Shown: positions 26,105-33,543 of the stretch, in pieces | Layout: every line of letters begins with the position of its first letter | How positions within the stretch are numbered: the stretch's first letter is position 1 | IMG/VR virus record: IMGVR_UViG_3300042197_002234 | Coordinates: 96,001-160,000 of that record | Direction: 5' to 3' (one strand) | Origin: a virus | Length of the DNA: 64,000 bases | Notes under the pieces: model-generated | The model's database searches: none | What the model saw: the letters and a program-made list of their open reading frames with translations, nothing else | Told to the model about the DNA's origin: nothing | Position numbers and translations under genes: made by a program

Positions 26105-26179
26105 CTCCCTCGACAGGATTCGAACCTGTGACCCAACGGTTAACAGCCGTTTGCTCTAAACCTACTGAGCTACGAAGGA
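26105..26179 (-). tRNA. tRNA-Asn(GTT)
   Basis: AACGG-CT-GTT-AA-CCGTT. Confidence 0.92.
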
Positions 26180-26184
26180 ATTTG

Positions 26185-26255
26185 CACGGATAGAAGGACT
26201 CGAACCTCCACCAACAGTTTTGGAGACTGGGATGCTACCATTACACCATATCCGT
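26185..26255 (-). tRNA. tRNA-Trp(CCA)
   Basis: CAGT-CT-CCA-AA-ACTG. Confidence 0.92.
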
Positions 26256-26262
26256 GTGTTTG

Positions 26263-26336
26263 AGGTCAGAGTCAGATTTGAACTGACGAATACTTGTTTT
26301 GCAGACAAGCCCCTTAAACCACTTGGGTATCTGACC
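26263..26336 (-). tRNA. tRNA-Cys(GCA)
   Basis: CTTGT-CT-GCA-AA-ACAAG, U73. Confidence 0.92.
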
Positions 26337-26393
26337 TTAGAGTGTAGTGGGGGGTACCTCCCCTGTGGTTACTACACATTTAACCCACTTTAG

Positions 26394-26468
26394 TGTCCCC
26401 GACAGGGCTCGAACCTGTGACCCGTACATTAAAAGTGTACTGCTCTAATCCAACTGAGCTACGAAGAC
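26394..26468 (-). tRNA. tRNA-Lys(TTT)
   Basis: GTACA-CT-TTT-AA-TGTAC. Confidence 0.92.
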
Positions 26469-26531
26469 ATAATTTACGGCTCAAAGAATCTGAGTTTGTG
26501 GCTCAGAAACGCCCAATTTTGAGCCGTATTG

Positions 26532-26606
26532 TAGTCAAGGTTGGACTTGAACCAACGACCTTCTGCGTATCAGGCAGACGCTCTAAACCGACTGAGCTAC
26601 ATGACT
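26532..26606 (-). tRNA. tRNA-Ile(GAT)
   Basis: TCTGC-CT-GAT-AC-GCAGA. Confidence 0.92.
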
Positions 26607-26695
26607 ATGTTTTAGTTTTACTGAGCAAATATAACCATTTTTTGGTATATAACGCTCTGTTTTACTATTTTTTTTTTAATATTACCCGACATCAA

Positions 26696-27241
26696 TCATT
26701 TTGATTCAAACTTTTTAATAAAATTTTCACGATAATTGTCAATTATTTGTGAAATTTCACTTCTATACTTTGAGTGTATGTAGTGATGGTGTGTCGGACA
26801 TAACGGTATTAGGTTTTCTATTGAGTTATTAGTATGAACTTCATCGTAGTGGTGAACCGCAACTATTTTATTTTCACCACAAACAACACATTTGTGTTCA
26901 TGATGTTCAAAACAGATTCTACGATAACCATTTTTAGTTTCCGAATATTTACCCCAATTAGGGTTATTTTCACCACTTCTAAAATAAGTATTAGAACAAG
27001 AATGAGAACATGTAACTTTTTCATCTCTATTACCTTTTGAAGTTTCAAAAGATTTGTTACAAACAGGACATTCTTTAATTATTCTATTATAGATTAATTT
27101 TCTACTCCTCAAATGACTAATATCCACCCCATTTTGGTTTATGAATGATTCAAACTTTTTTCTATTTGACCCATTATCATATCCAAACATTTTTATTATC
27201 GCTTCTGACTTAGTTTTCGATGTTTTAATTATATCCTCCAT
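26696..27241 (-). CDS. HNH endonuclease inserted in the tRNA array
   Basis: CPVC..CSHSC zinc finger; CVVCG..VAVHH..H.NN..ENLIPLCPTHH HNH motif. Confidence 0.85.
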   Translation of the reverse strand: MEDIIKTSKTKSEAIIKMFGYDNGSNRKKFESFINQNGVDISHLRSRKLIYNRIIKECPVCNKSFETSKGNRDEKVTCSHSCSNTYFRSGENNPNWGKYSETKNGYRRICFEHHEHKCVVCGENKIVAVHHYDEVHTNNSIENLIPLCPTHHHYIHSKYRSEISQIIDNYRENFIKKFESK

Positions 27242-27304
27242 ACTAATAAATATCTAAATTTGTCGTAAAGTCAAATTTTAATCAAAACTTGTTTAAACGA
27301 TTAG

Positions 27305-27379
27305 TCGGGTAGACTGGACTCGAACCAGCACAATGTCCTCATCCCAAATGAGGCGACCTACCAATTGGTCTACTACCCG
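27305..27379 (-). tRNA. tRNA-Pro(TGG)
   Basis: CCTCA-TT-TGG-GA-TGAGG. Confidence 0.92.
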
Positions 27380-27389
27380 TTACTTTCAG

Positions 27390-27475
27390 CGGAAGGAGAG
27401 GGGCTCGAACCCTCGCGGCTTTGACACCCTAACAGTTTAGCAAACTGCCCCCTTCACCAACTTGGGTACCCTTCC
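27390..27475 (-). tRNA. tRNA-Ser(GCT)
   Basis: CAGT-TT-GCT-AA-ACTG, long variable arm, G73. Confidence 0.92.
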
Positions 27476-27512
27476 TTTTTTTCCGACCTAGCTCGGGAAC
27501 ACACATCGGATG

Positions 27513-27584
27513 TAGTTCTTGAAGGACTTGAACCCTCAATTCCTCGTCCGTAGCGAGACGTGTTATCCATTACACCAAAGAACT
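27513..27584 (-). tRNA. tRNA-Arg(ACG)
   Basis: CTCG-CT-ACG-GA-CGAG. Confidence 0.9.
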
Positions 27585-27588
27585 ATTT

Positions 27589-27678
27589 TGGCGGAAGCGA
27601 AGGGAATCGAACCCCCAACACGCTATTAACGTGCTACTTGTTTTCAAGACAAGCTCCTCGTCCATTCGGACCACTTCC
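27589..27678 (-). tRNA. tRNA-Ser(TGA), CCA encoded
   Basis: CTTGT-CT-TGA-AA-ACAAG, long variable arm. Confidence 0.92.
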
Positions 27679-27782
27679 ATTTTTTTAGGTCGTGACGAAC
27701 CCATCTGTCACTTCTTAATAGATTCTTGTAGTTTACTTACCGCGGTTCAATCCGTTACTAACAGGGAACCCAACCTATTTTG

Positions 27783-27854
27783 GGTGTAGGGACGGTACCG
27801 ACCCGTCTTATCTAGTTCCACAAACTAGTGCATCACCTTAATGCTTCAAACACC
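27783..27854 (-). tRNA. tRNA-His(GTG) with G-1 and an atypical T-loop
   Basis: CTAGT-TT-GTG-GA-ACTAG; G-1:C73; T-loop GTCGGTA; two acceptor mismatches. Confidence 0.8.
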
Positions 27855-28006
27855 ATGTAAAATTGATGGTAATTGGATTTATCAGGAATCCCGTCCACGA
27901 CTTCACACACCATTAGAGAGTTGAGTATTTCTACTTATCCTTAGTGTGTACCCTTGCGTCACGTCTCTCCACGCTTACCAATCTACGCCTTGTACCATCA
28001 ATTTTG

Positions 28007-28140
28007 TAGTCAGGGTCGGACTCGAACCGAATACCGTTCAAGACGGATTAGACAACCTTACGACTCCATAGAACCCACAAGTGTCTGGGACTATTGGTCT
28101 TGGGGACTCGGGTACCATCCCTCATTACGTCCACCTAACT
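28007..28140 (-). ncRNA. Giant tRNA-like RNA (134 nt)
   Basis: Acceptor AGTTAGG/CCTGACT-A, T-arm TCGG-TTCGAGT-CCGA, variable hairpin CCGT-CTTGA-ACGG, long arm tipped by CCCA..TGGG. Confidence 0.6.
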
Positions 28141-28215
28141 ATTTACCCCACTTCACCAGCTTAACGGACTGGCTGCCATGTGGGAGTGGGGGTTTCCTGT
28201 TATTTCAGGACTCCG

Positions 28216-28288
28216 TGGTGAGAGCTGGAATCGAACCAGCGGCACGTAGGGCTTCAACCTACTGCTCTACCTACTGAGCTATCACACC
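28216..28288 (-). tRNA. tRNA-Phe(GAA)
   Basis: GTAGG-TT-GAA-GC-CCTAC. Confidence 0.9.
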
Positions 28289-28449
28289 ATATAAAAAATG
28301 ATAGTGTTGGGATACCCGTCTCGTCCCAATCTTAACTGCTTAATCGTAGTTTTACGAGGCCTCGGCAGAGGGTGTTGAACACTGTGAACCTTACAACTAC
28401 TTTGTCGACTTTCATTGTAAGAGTGACCACTATCAATATTTTTTCTATT

Positions 28450-28525
28450 TCAAAGAACCCTTTTCGTCTGGGGTGTAGGTAACCCTATCAAACCTACACC
28501 CCCATCGTTTGTGAATACAAAGTTA
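28450..28525 (-). promoter_or_regulatory. Internal promoter, GC-rich hairpin and boxA inside tRNA operon 2
   Basis: TAACTTTG 28518-28525; GGGGTGTAGG..CCTACACCCC hairpin; GTTCTTTGA 28450-28458. Confidence 0.7.
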
Positions 28526-28569
28526 CAAAACATTTTTCTAACTAACAAGTACCCACTTATTTTTTTTTG

Positions 28570-28643
28570 TAGTCCCTGTCGGATTCGAACCAACGACCCT
28601 CTGCATGTAAGGCAGATGCTCTAACCAACTGAGCTAAAGGACT
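28570..28643 (-). tRNA. tRNA-Val(TAC)
   Basis: TCTGC-CT-TAC-AT-GCAGA. Confidence 0.92.
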
Positions 28644-28649
28644 ATTAAG

Positions 28650-28719
28650 TTGCGTGTTCGGGGTTCGAACCCGATTGACCTTCCTTATGAGAGAAAGTTC
28701 TTTTCCCCTAAGCCACGCA
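28650..28719 (-). tRNA. tRNA-Met(CAT) with a degenerate D-arm
   Basis: TGCGTG/CACGCA acceptor, TTCT-CTCATAA-GGAA, TCGGG-TTCGAAC-CCCGA. Confidence 0.65.
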
Positions 28720-28726
28720 ATTTATG

Positions 28727-28797
28727 TTACCCCCCAAGGATTCGAACCTCGATTAAGTGGACCAAAACCACTTGTCCTGCCATTAGACGAGAGGGTA
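28727..28797 (-). tRNA. tRNA-Gln(TTG)
   Basis: AGTGG-TT-TTG-GT-CCACT. Confidence 0.92.
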
Positions 28798-28828
28798 ATT
28801 TTAGGTTACCAATATGTCAAAGAACCCG

Positions 28829-28865
28829 TAAAACAAAAAACCCCGAACTTTTTATGGTTCGGGGT
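28829..28865 (-). terminator. Attenuator terminator of tRNA leader 2
   Basis: ACCCCGAAC-CATAAAAA-GTTCGGGGT-TTTTTGTTTT; boxA GTTCTTTGACATATTGGT follows at 28808-28825. Confidence 0.85.
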
Positions 28866-28897
28866 CTGTTATCTGTTTTACTTTCAAATATCCACAA

Positions 28898-28987
28898 TTA
28901 TTCCGAACCAATATTTTGCACACGTGGATACCAGCAATTTTTAAATTGCGACTTACTGATAATGACCATATGTTTATTAGTTCTCAT
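28898..28987 (-). CDS. Leader peptide 2 (MRTNKHMVIISKSQFKNCWYPRVQNIGSE*) of a putative tRNA-operon attenuator
   Basis: Directly after the TAACTTTG promoter (29011-29018); terminal codons TGGTTCGG are complementary to CCGAACCA in the terminator 5' arm/loop. Confidence 0.8.
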   Translation of the reverse strand: MRTNKHMVIISKSQFKNCWYPRVQNIGSE

Positions 28988-29047
28988 TGTATTTTAATTT
29001 ATAAGTATTACAAAGTTAAGAAAAATTTTAGACAAGTCAAACTTTTT

Positions 29048-29305
29048 TTAAAATCTTTTCGCAATTTTAAGAATTGTTTCCTCTTCTTCCCTAGTTAACA
29101 TCAACCTACTGTTAGATAATTTATCCAAAGCGATTCCCCATTCTAACTCCATAATGTTTTTTCGTTCTTCAGGAACATTGTAATAAGTTGGTTTGATATG
29201 ACCATCCTCGGTCAGAATATCAATCAATTCTTTAATTTCTCTTTTTGAACAAGCGTCAACAAAATCGCTTGGGTCTATGTCTACATAAGATTCAAATTCT
29301 GGCAT
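29048..29305 (-). CDS. Hypothetical protein
   Basis: 85 aa ORF. Confidence 0.65.
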   Translation of the reverse strand: MPEFESYVDIDPSDFVDACSKREIKELIDILTEDGHIKPTYYNVPEERKNIMELEWGIALDKLSNSRLMLTREEEETILKIAKRF

Positions 29306-29317
29306 ATTTTTTTAATA

Positions 29318-29551
29318 TTAAATGGTTTCGTCAATTTTATCTTGAATTTCAATAATTTTTGATTCAATGTATCTTTCTAATTTTTCTGACACATTAAGAT
29401 ATTGTTCCCTTAGTTTATGAAATTCTTCATCATTAATTTCTTTAAAAGAACTATAATGCTTGAAACAATAGTGGAATCCTTCCGCACCTATTCTGTATCG
29501 AACCATTTCAAAGTTCTCTAATTCTTCATGTAAATAATCTATATTACTCAT
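29318..29551 (-). CDS. Hypothetical protein
   Basis: 77 aa ORF overlapping the upstream gene. Confidence 0.65.
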   Translation of the reverse strand: MSNIDYLHEELENFEMVRYRIGAEGFHYCFKHYSSFKEINDEEFHKLREQYLNVSEKLERYIESKIIEIQDKIDETI

Positions 29552-30267
29552 TGGTTTAATTTTCTTTTACAGTTATTACAAAATTCTTTACGGTTAGTAC
29601 CATTAACTTTCATTAAACAGTCTTCGTCGTCGCAGTGATTTAGACCAAAGTTGTGACCTAATTCATGATTAGCAACATTCTGTAGGTTAGAAATTCTATA
29701 GTTACCGTTAATCTTTAATTGATAAGTACTAACAACAGCGGCGTCATGGTAAAATCTTGCGTAACCACTAATTAATTCAAGGTTATTCTCATGAGAACAC
29801 AAAGGATGATTAGTAACATATACGTGACGACCATCACCATCACCTTCTTCCAAGTTTAAAGTTTCAAGAGCATTAACATATTCACCGTTAATGAAATAAC
29901 GAGAGCTAGGGTTTGAATGTGGATTACCGATTTTAGTTTCTAAACCGTAAAAATTTTCGATTCCCTGGCAAACAGTCTCCAAATCTTCATGACTGTAATC
30001 ACCAAAACCATGAACATATACAATGTTTTTCGGTTTTTTAGTTTCAGATTTAACAACAGGTTTAGTTGATGGTTTATTTTTTACATCAACTGATTTACCA
30101 TATTTACCTAACTTATGTTCTTTGTCATAAGAATCCGCATATTCAGCAGCACTTTGTTTGAATTTATCAATACTATAGTTGTGTTTTTCGGCAAGTTCAA
30201 ATAAAGAACCAACAATTACTACAACAATACAAAGATTTACAATTGATTTTAATGGTGATGTTTTCAT
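29548..30267 (-). CDS. Membrane-anchored archaemetzincin (M54)-like zinc metalloprotease
   Basis: HELGHNFGLNHC..CLM..FCNNC; N-terminal TM segment. Confidence 0.85.
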   Translation of the reverse strand: MKTSPLKSIVNLCIVVVIVGSLFELAEKHNYSIDKFKQSAAEYADSYDKEHKLGKYGKSVDVKNKPSTKPVVKSETKKPKNIVYVHGFGDYSHEDLETVCQGIENFYGLETKIGNPHSNPSSRYFINGEYVNALETLNLEEGDGDGRHVYVTNHPLCSHENNLELISGYARFYHDAAVVSTYQLKINGNYRISNLQNVANHELGHNFGLNHCDDEDCLMKVNGTNRKEFCNNCKRKLNQ

Positions 30268-30321
30268 ACTACAAAGATACTAAAATTATTTTAACTACCA
30301 AAAAATAATGATAAATATTTG

Positions 30322-30393
30322 TAGGCCCACCAGGACTCGAACCTGGAATAGAAGCTTAGAAGGCTACTGTTATATCCCTTTAACTATGGGCCC
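30322..30393 (-). tRNA. tRNA-Arg(TCT)
   Basis: AGC-CT-TCT-AA-GCT anticodon arm, cloverleaf. Confidence 0.9.
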
Positions 30394-30402
30394 TAATCTA
30401 AA

Positions 30403-30552
30403 TTAGATTTGTTTGATGATGTACTTATGACCTGAATCTGAGTTTTTTTCAAAAAGAGACCTCATTTTTTCAGCCTCTTCTTGAGTTTCAAACTCCATTA
30501 CATCATCTTGACCGTCTAACAAAACAACAGGTAATTCAACGTTAGTTGTCAT
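30403..30552 (-). CDS. Small hypothetical protein
   Basis: MTTNVELPVVLLD..FETQEEAE; co-oriented with tRNA-Arg. Confidence 0.5.
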   Translation of the reverse strand: MTTNVELPVVLLDGQDDVMEFETQEEAEKMRSLFEKNSDSGHKYIIKQI

Positions 30553-30616
30553 CTGTTTAATCATTTTAACTATAATATACATAACACTGTAAAGGTAATA
30601 CAAAAAATTAAAATAA

Positions 30617-31705
30617 TCAAACTCTTTTTTTACCACCAAAAACATTAGGAGTTAAATTAGTTCTATTTGGTCTGACATTTTTTAGCATATTTGCTTGAGC
30701 TGATAATGAGTTTTTCTTTAATTCTAATGTTTCTTGTCTATTTTTGGGTTTGTTTTGTATTACAGGTTTAATATTTTTTTCTGTTGGTTTATATATAGAC
30801 CTATTATTGATAATTTGATTAACTAAATCGTATTTAACAGTATCTTTAATTTTATCTTTATTAGGATTAAATGGTTTATCATTTATTTTAAATAAAATAT
30901 CATTAAGTAAGTTTAAAGATGTTTGTTTATATTCTAAATCAGTATTATTTCTAAAATCATTATCATAATCATAAACTAATTTTAGTTTTTTATAGGGTGG
31001 TAAAGAATATATATATTTAGCAGTTCTACTTTGTAGTGTTGAATCTTTAATCGCCCCAGTTATTGAGTACGATTGATTTTCATGCCAATTATAAATGTAT
31101 GTAATTTCGTTAATAAATTTGTAATGTTCATTACCCGCCATTTCTAACATAGGTAAACCTATTCCAATATCTACTGCAGCTTTTAAATAATCATTTTCAA
31201 AAATTAAATCTTTTAAATTTATTGACCTAAATAAAAAAGCCCTATATGTTCTCATATGTGAAAAATTCCATGGAGTACTTCTAGCTTTGTCAGGATTTGC
31301 TTTACCATAATTCATACTTCTACCATTTGTATCAACCCATTTAGTACCGCAAATCCAAATATTTTGGTCAGTATAGATTTTATTGATTAACCCAAAAACA
31401 TTATTATCCAACAATTTATCATCACCATCAATTTCTATAATAACATCAGCCCATTCAATATCACCATTATTATAAATTATATCTATAAAGTTTTTAGCTT
31501 TGTATTTTTTTTGTTTATTTTTTATTAAAACAAATCTTTCATCACCATCTATTGTTTTTTCTGCGATAGAATACGAATTGTCGGTAGACATATCGTCAAC
31601 AAGATAACAAACAAAATTTGTAAAATATTGATTTTTTATTGAATTTATACAATCTGATATATATTTTTCAGAATTCCAAAATGTTGATACAACTACTAAT
31701 TTCAT
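30617..31705 (-). CDS. Glycosyltransferase family 2
   Basis: VVSTFWNSEKYI..LVDDMSTD..EIDGDD GT-A motifs. Confidence 0.85.
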   Translation of the reverse strand: MKLVVVSTFWNSEKYISDCINSIKNQYFTNFVCYLVDDMSTDNSYSIAEKTIDGDERFVLIKNKQKKYKAKNFIDIIYNNGDIEWADVIIEIDGDDKLLDNNVFGLINKIYTDQNIWICGTKWVDTNGRSMNYGKANPDKARSTPWNFSHMRTYRAFLFRSINLKDLIFENDYLKAAVDIGIGLPMLEMAGNEHYKFINEITYIYNWHENQSYSITGAIKDSTLQSRTAKYIYSLPPYKKLKLVYDYDNDFRNNTDLEYKQTSLNLLNDILFKINDKPFNPNKDKIKDTVKYDLVNQIINNRSIYKPTEKNIKPVIQNKPKNRQETLELKKNSLSAQANMLKNVRPNRTNLTPNVFGGKKRV

Positions 31706-31769
31706 AAAAAAGGGGTATGGTCTATTTATAAATAGGTTCACTAACTTATTTTTTAAAAAATATCATAAA

Positions 31770-32339
31770 ATGTCTGAAAACAAATACATAATTCCTTCGC
31801 CGAGAGTGTTTCATGTTATACCGTGGAATAGTGACAAAAATATTGGTAAGTCATATAATGAGATGATGGCGATGGTTAGAAGTAATGATTGGGTTTGTTT
31901 TTTAGATGGAGATGCGGTTCACACAACATCATTTTTTGGTGTTAGGATTGAGGAGGTAATTAAAAATAATCCTGATTATTCTTTATTTACTTGTTACACA
32001 AATAGGGTTGGGTGTGGTTATCAAATCGCACCTGGTGTTGACTCTAAATCTAACGACCAACAATACCATAGAAATTTTGGGGAGTTACTTTGGAATAACA
32101 ATGGTACCCAAGTTTTCGATGTAACAAAACAATCTCCAATGAGTGGGGTTTTACTACTTATTAAAAAATCATCATGGGAACAGGTTGGGGGGTTTAAGGA
32201 AGATAAAATGTTAACGGTGGATAATGATATTCACATAAAATTTACAAAAGCAGGTTTTAAATCGGGGCTAATGAAAGGTATATATGTACAACATTGGTAT
32301 AGAGGTAATAATCCTGGAAATAAATCACATTTATTATGA
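31770..32339 (+). CDS. GT-A fold glycosyltransferase-like protein
   Basis: WVCFLDGD, SGVLLLI..W..VGGF, VQHWY. Confidence 0.7.
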   Translation: MSENKYIIPSPRVFHVIPWNSDKNIGKSYNEMMAMVRSNDWVCFLDGDAVHTTSFFGVRIEEVIKNNPDYSLFTCYTNRVGCGYQIAPGVDSKSNDQQYHRNFGELLWNNNGTQVFDVTKQSPMSGVLLLIKKSSWEQVGGFKEDKMLTVDNDIHIKFTKAGFKSGLMKGIYVQHWYRGNNPGNKSHLL

Positions 32340-32935
32340 TATATAAATTTTTAGATGTTGGGTGTAAAGTTGGGGGTTCTTTTGATGTTTCTAAAAAATT
32401 TGGTTACACCAAAAATGAAGGTCTTGGTATTGATATAAATGAAGAACACGTTAAAAAATTCATTAATTCAGGTTATAATGGATTGGTTGCGGATGCAACT
32501 AATTTACCTTTTGATGATAATTCATTTGAATTAGTTATTTTTAGTCATGTTTTAGAACATTTACCTAATGAAGAATTAGGAAAAAAAGCCCTTGATGAAT
32601 GTTTGAGAGTTTCTTCTAAACATGTTTTTTTAGCTTTACCTTTTTTTGATGAGGACGAGTATTTAAACTCTTTAAGATTAAAAACTTACTATTCAGATTG
32701 GACGGGTCATAAAAATAAAGTTCATCTTAAAACAATTTTAGAAAATTATCTTAAAAATTACAAATACGATTTAACTTTAAAAACTAAAATAACTGATAGC
32801 GGATTTCCTGAAATATTACCTATAGAAGCACCTAAAAATTCCCATAATTATGATGAAAAAATACACAGTAAAAAAGAAAAAATATTTTTTGACCGAGATA
32901 TTTGGAGGGAGTATATAATTTTAATTAAAAAATGA
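32336..32935 (+). CDS. Class I SAM-dependent methyltransferase
   Basis: FLDVGC..G, GIDI, ADATNLPF..SHVLEHL. Confidence 0.85.
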   Translation: MIYKFLDVGCKVGGSFDVSKKFGYTKNEGLGIDINEEHVKKFINSGYNGLVADATNLPFDDNSFELVIFSHVLEHLPNEELGKKALDECLRVSSKHVFLALPFFDEDEYLNSLRLKTYYSDWTGHKNKVHLKTILENYLKNYKYDLTLKTKITDSGFPEILPIEAPKNSHNYDEKIHSKKEKIFFDRDIWREYIILIKK

Positions 32936-33543
32936 TTAAATACTCAGTAATTATACCAACAATGTGGTTCTCAAATAAAATTGAATTAATTGTAAAAAAT
33001 TTTAATTCAAGTCAGTTTGTTGATGAAATTATTATAATAGATAATAAAACTGAAAATTCGATTGAGTTGTCTCATTATGAAAAAGTTATACATATTAAAA
33101 ATAAAAAAAATATATTTGTAAATCCTTCTTGGAATTTAGGTGTAAATTTATCTAAAAATGAAAATTTAATAATTTCTAATGATGATATCTTAATTAATGA
33201 TATTGATAGGGTATTAAGTAATAAAGAAATATTTGATTGTGATTTAGTTGGGTTAGATTACGAGAATATTAATAAAAATAATACAGTTATTTTAAAAGAA
33301 ACTAAAAAACATATGGAAAGAGGTTTTGGTTGTTTCTTAATAATTAAAAAAAAATCTTACGTTAATATACCCGAAATATTAAAAATTTGGTTCGGGGACA
33401 ATTTTTTATTCAATAAAGTTAAAAATAAAAAAATGTTTTCGTGTGATAAAATAGAGATTGAGTTGTCAAAAACAATTAAAAATATTAATGGGGTTAATGA
33501 TATATTAAATCAAGATAAAAAAAATTTTTTAAAAGTGTTATGA
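32932..33543 (+). CDS. Glycosyltransferase family 2-like
   Basis: SVIIPT..IIIIDN..N.G..SNDDI. Confidence 0.8.
   Translation: MIKYSVIIPTMWFSNKIELIVKNFNSSQFVDEIIIIDNKTENSIELSHYEKVIHIKNKKNIFVNPSWNLGVNLSKNENLIISNDDILINDIDRVLSNKEIFDCDLVGLDYENINKNNTVILKETKKHMERGFGCFLIIKKKSYVNIPEILKIWFGDNFLFNKVKNKKMFSCDKIEIELSKTIKNINGVNDILNQDKKNFLKVL

Noticed and set aside
22185-28997. Track ORFs overlapping the tRNA array (e.g. 22185-22391, 22890-23162, 23584-23778, 23840-24082, 24241-24519, 26393-26704, 27954-28277, 28650-28997)
   Set aside because: Chance open frames across GC-rich tRNA/ncRNA sequence with no protein-like composition
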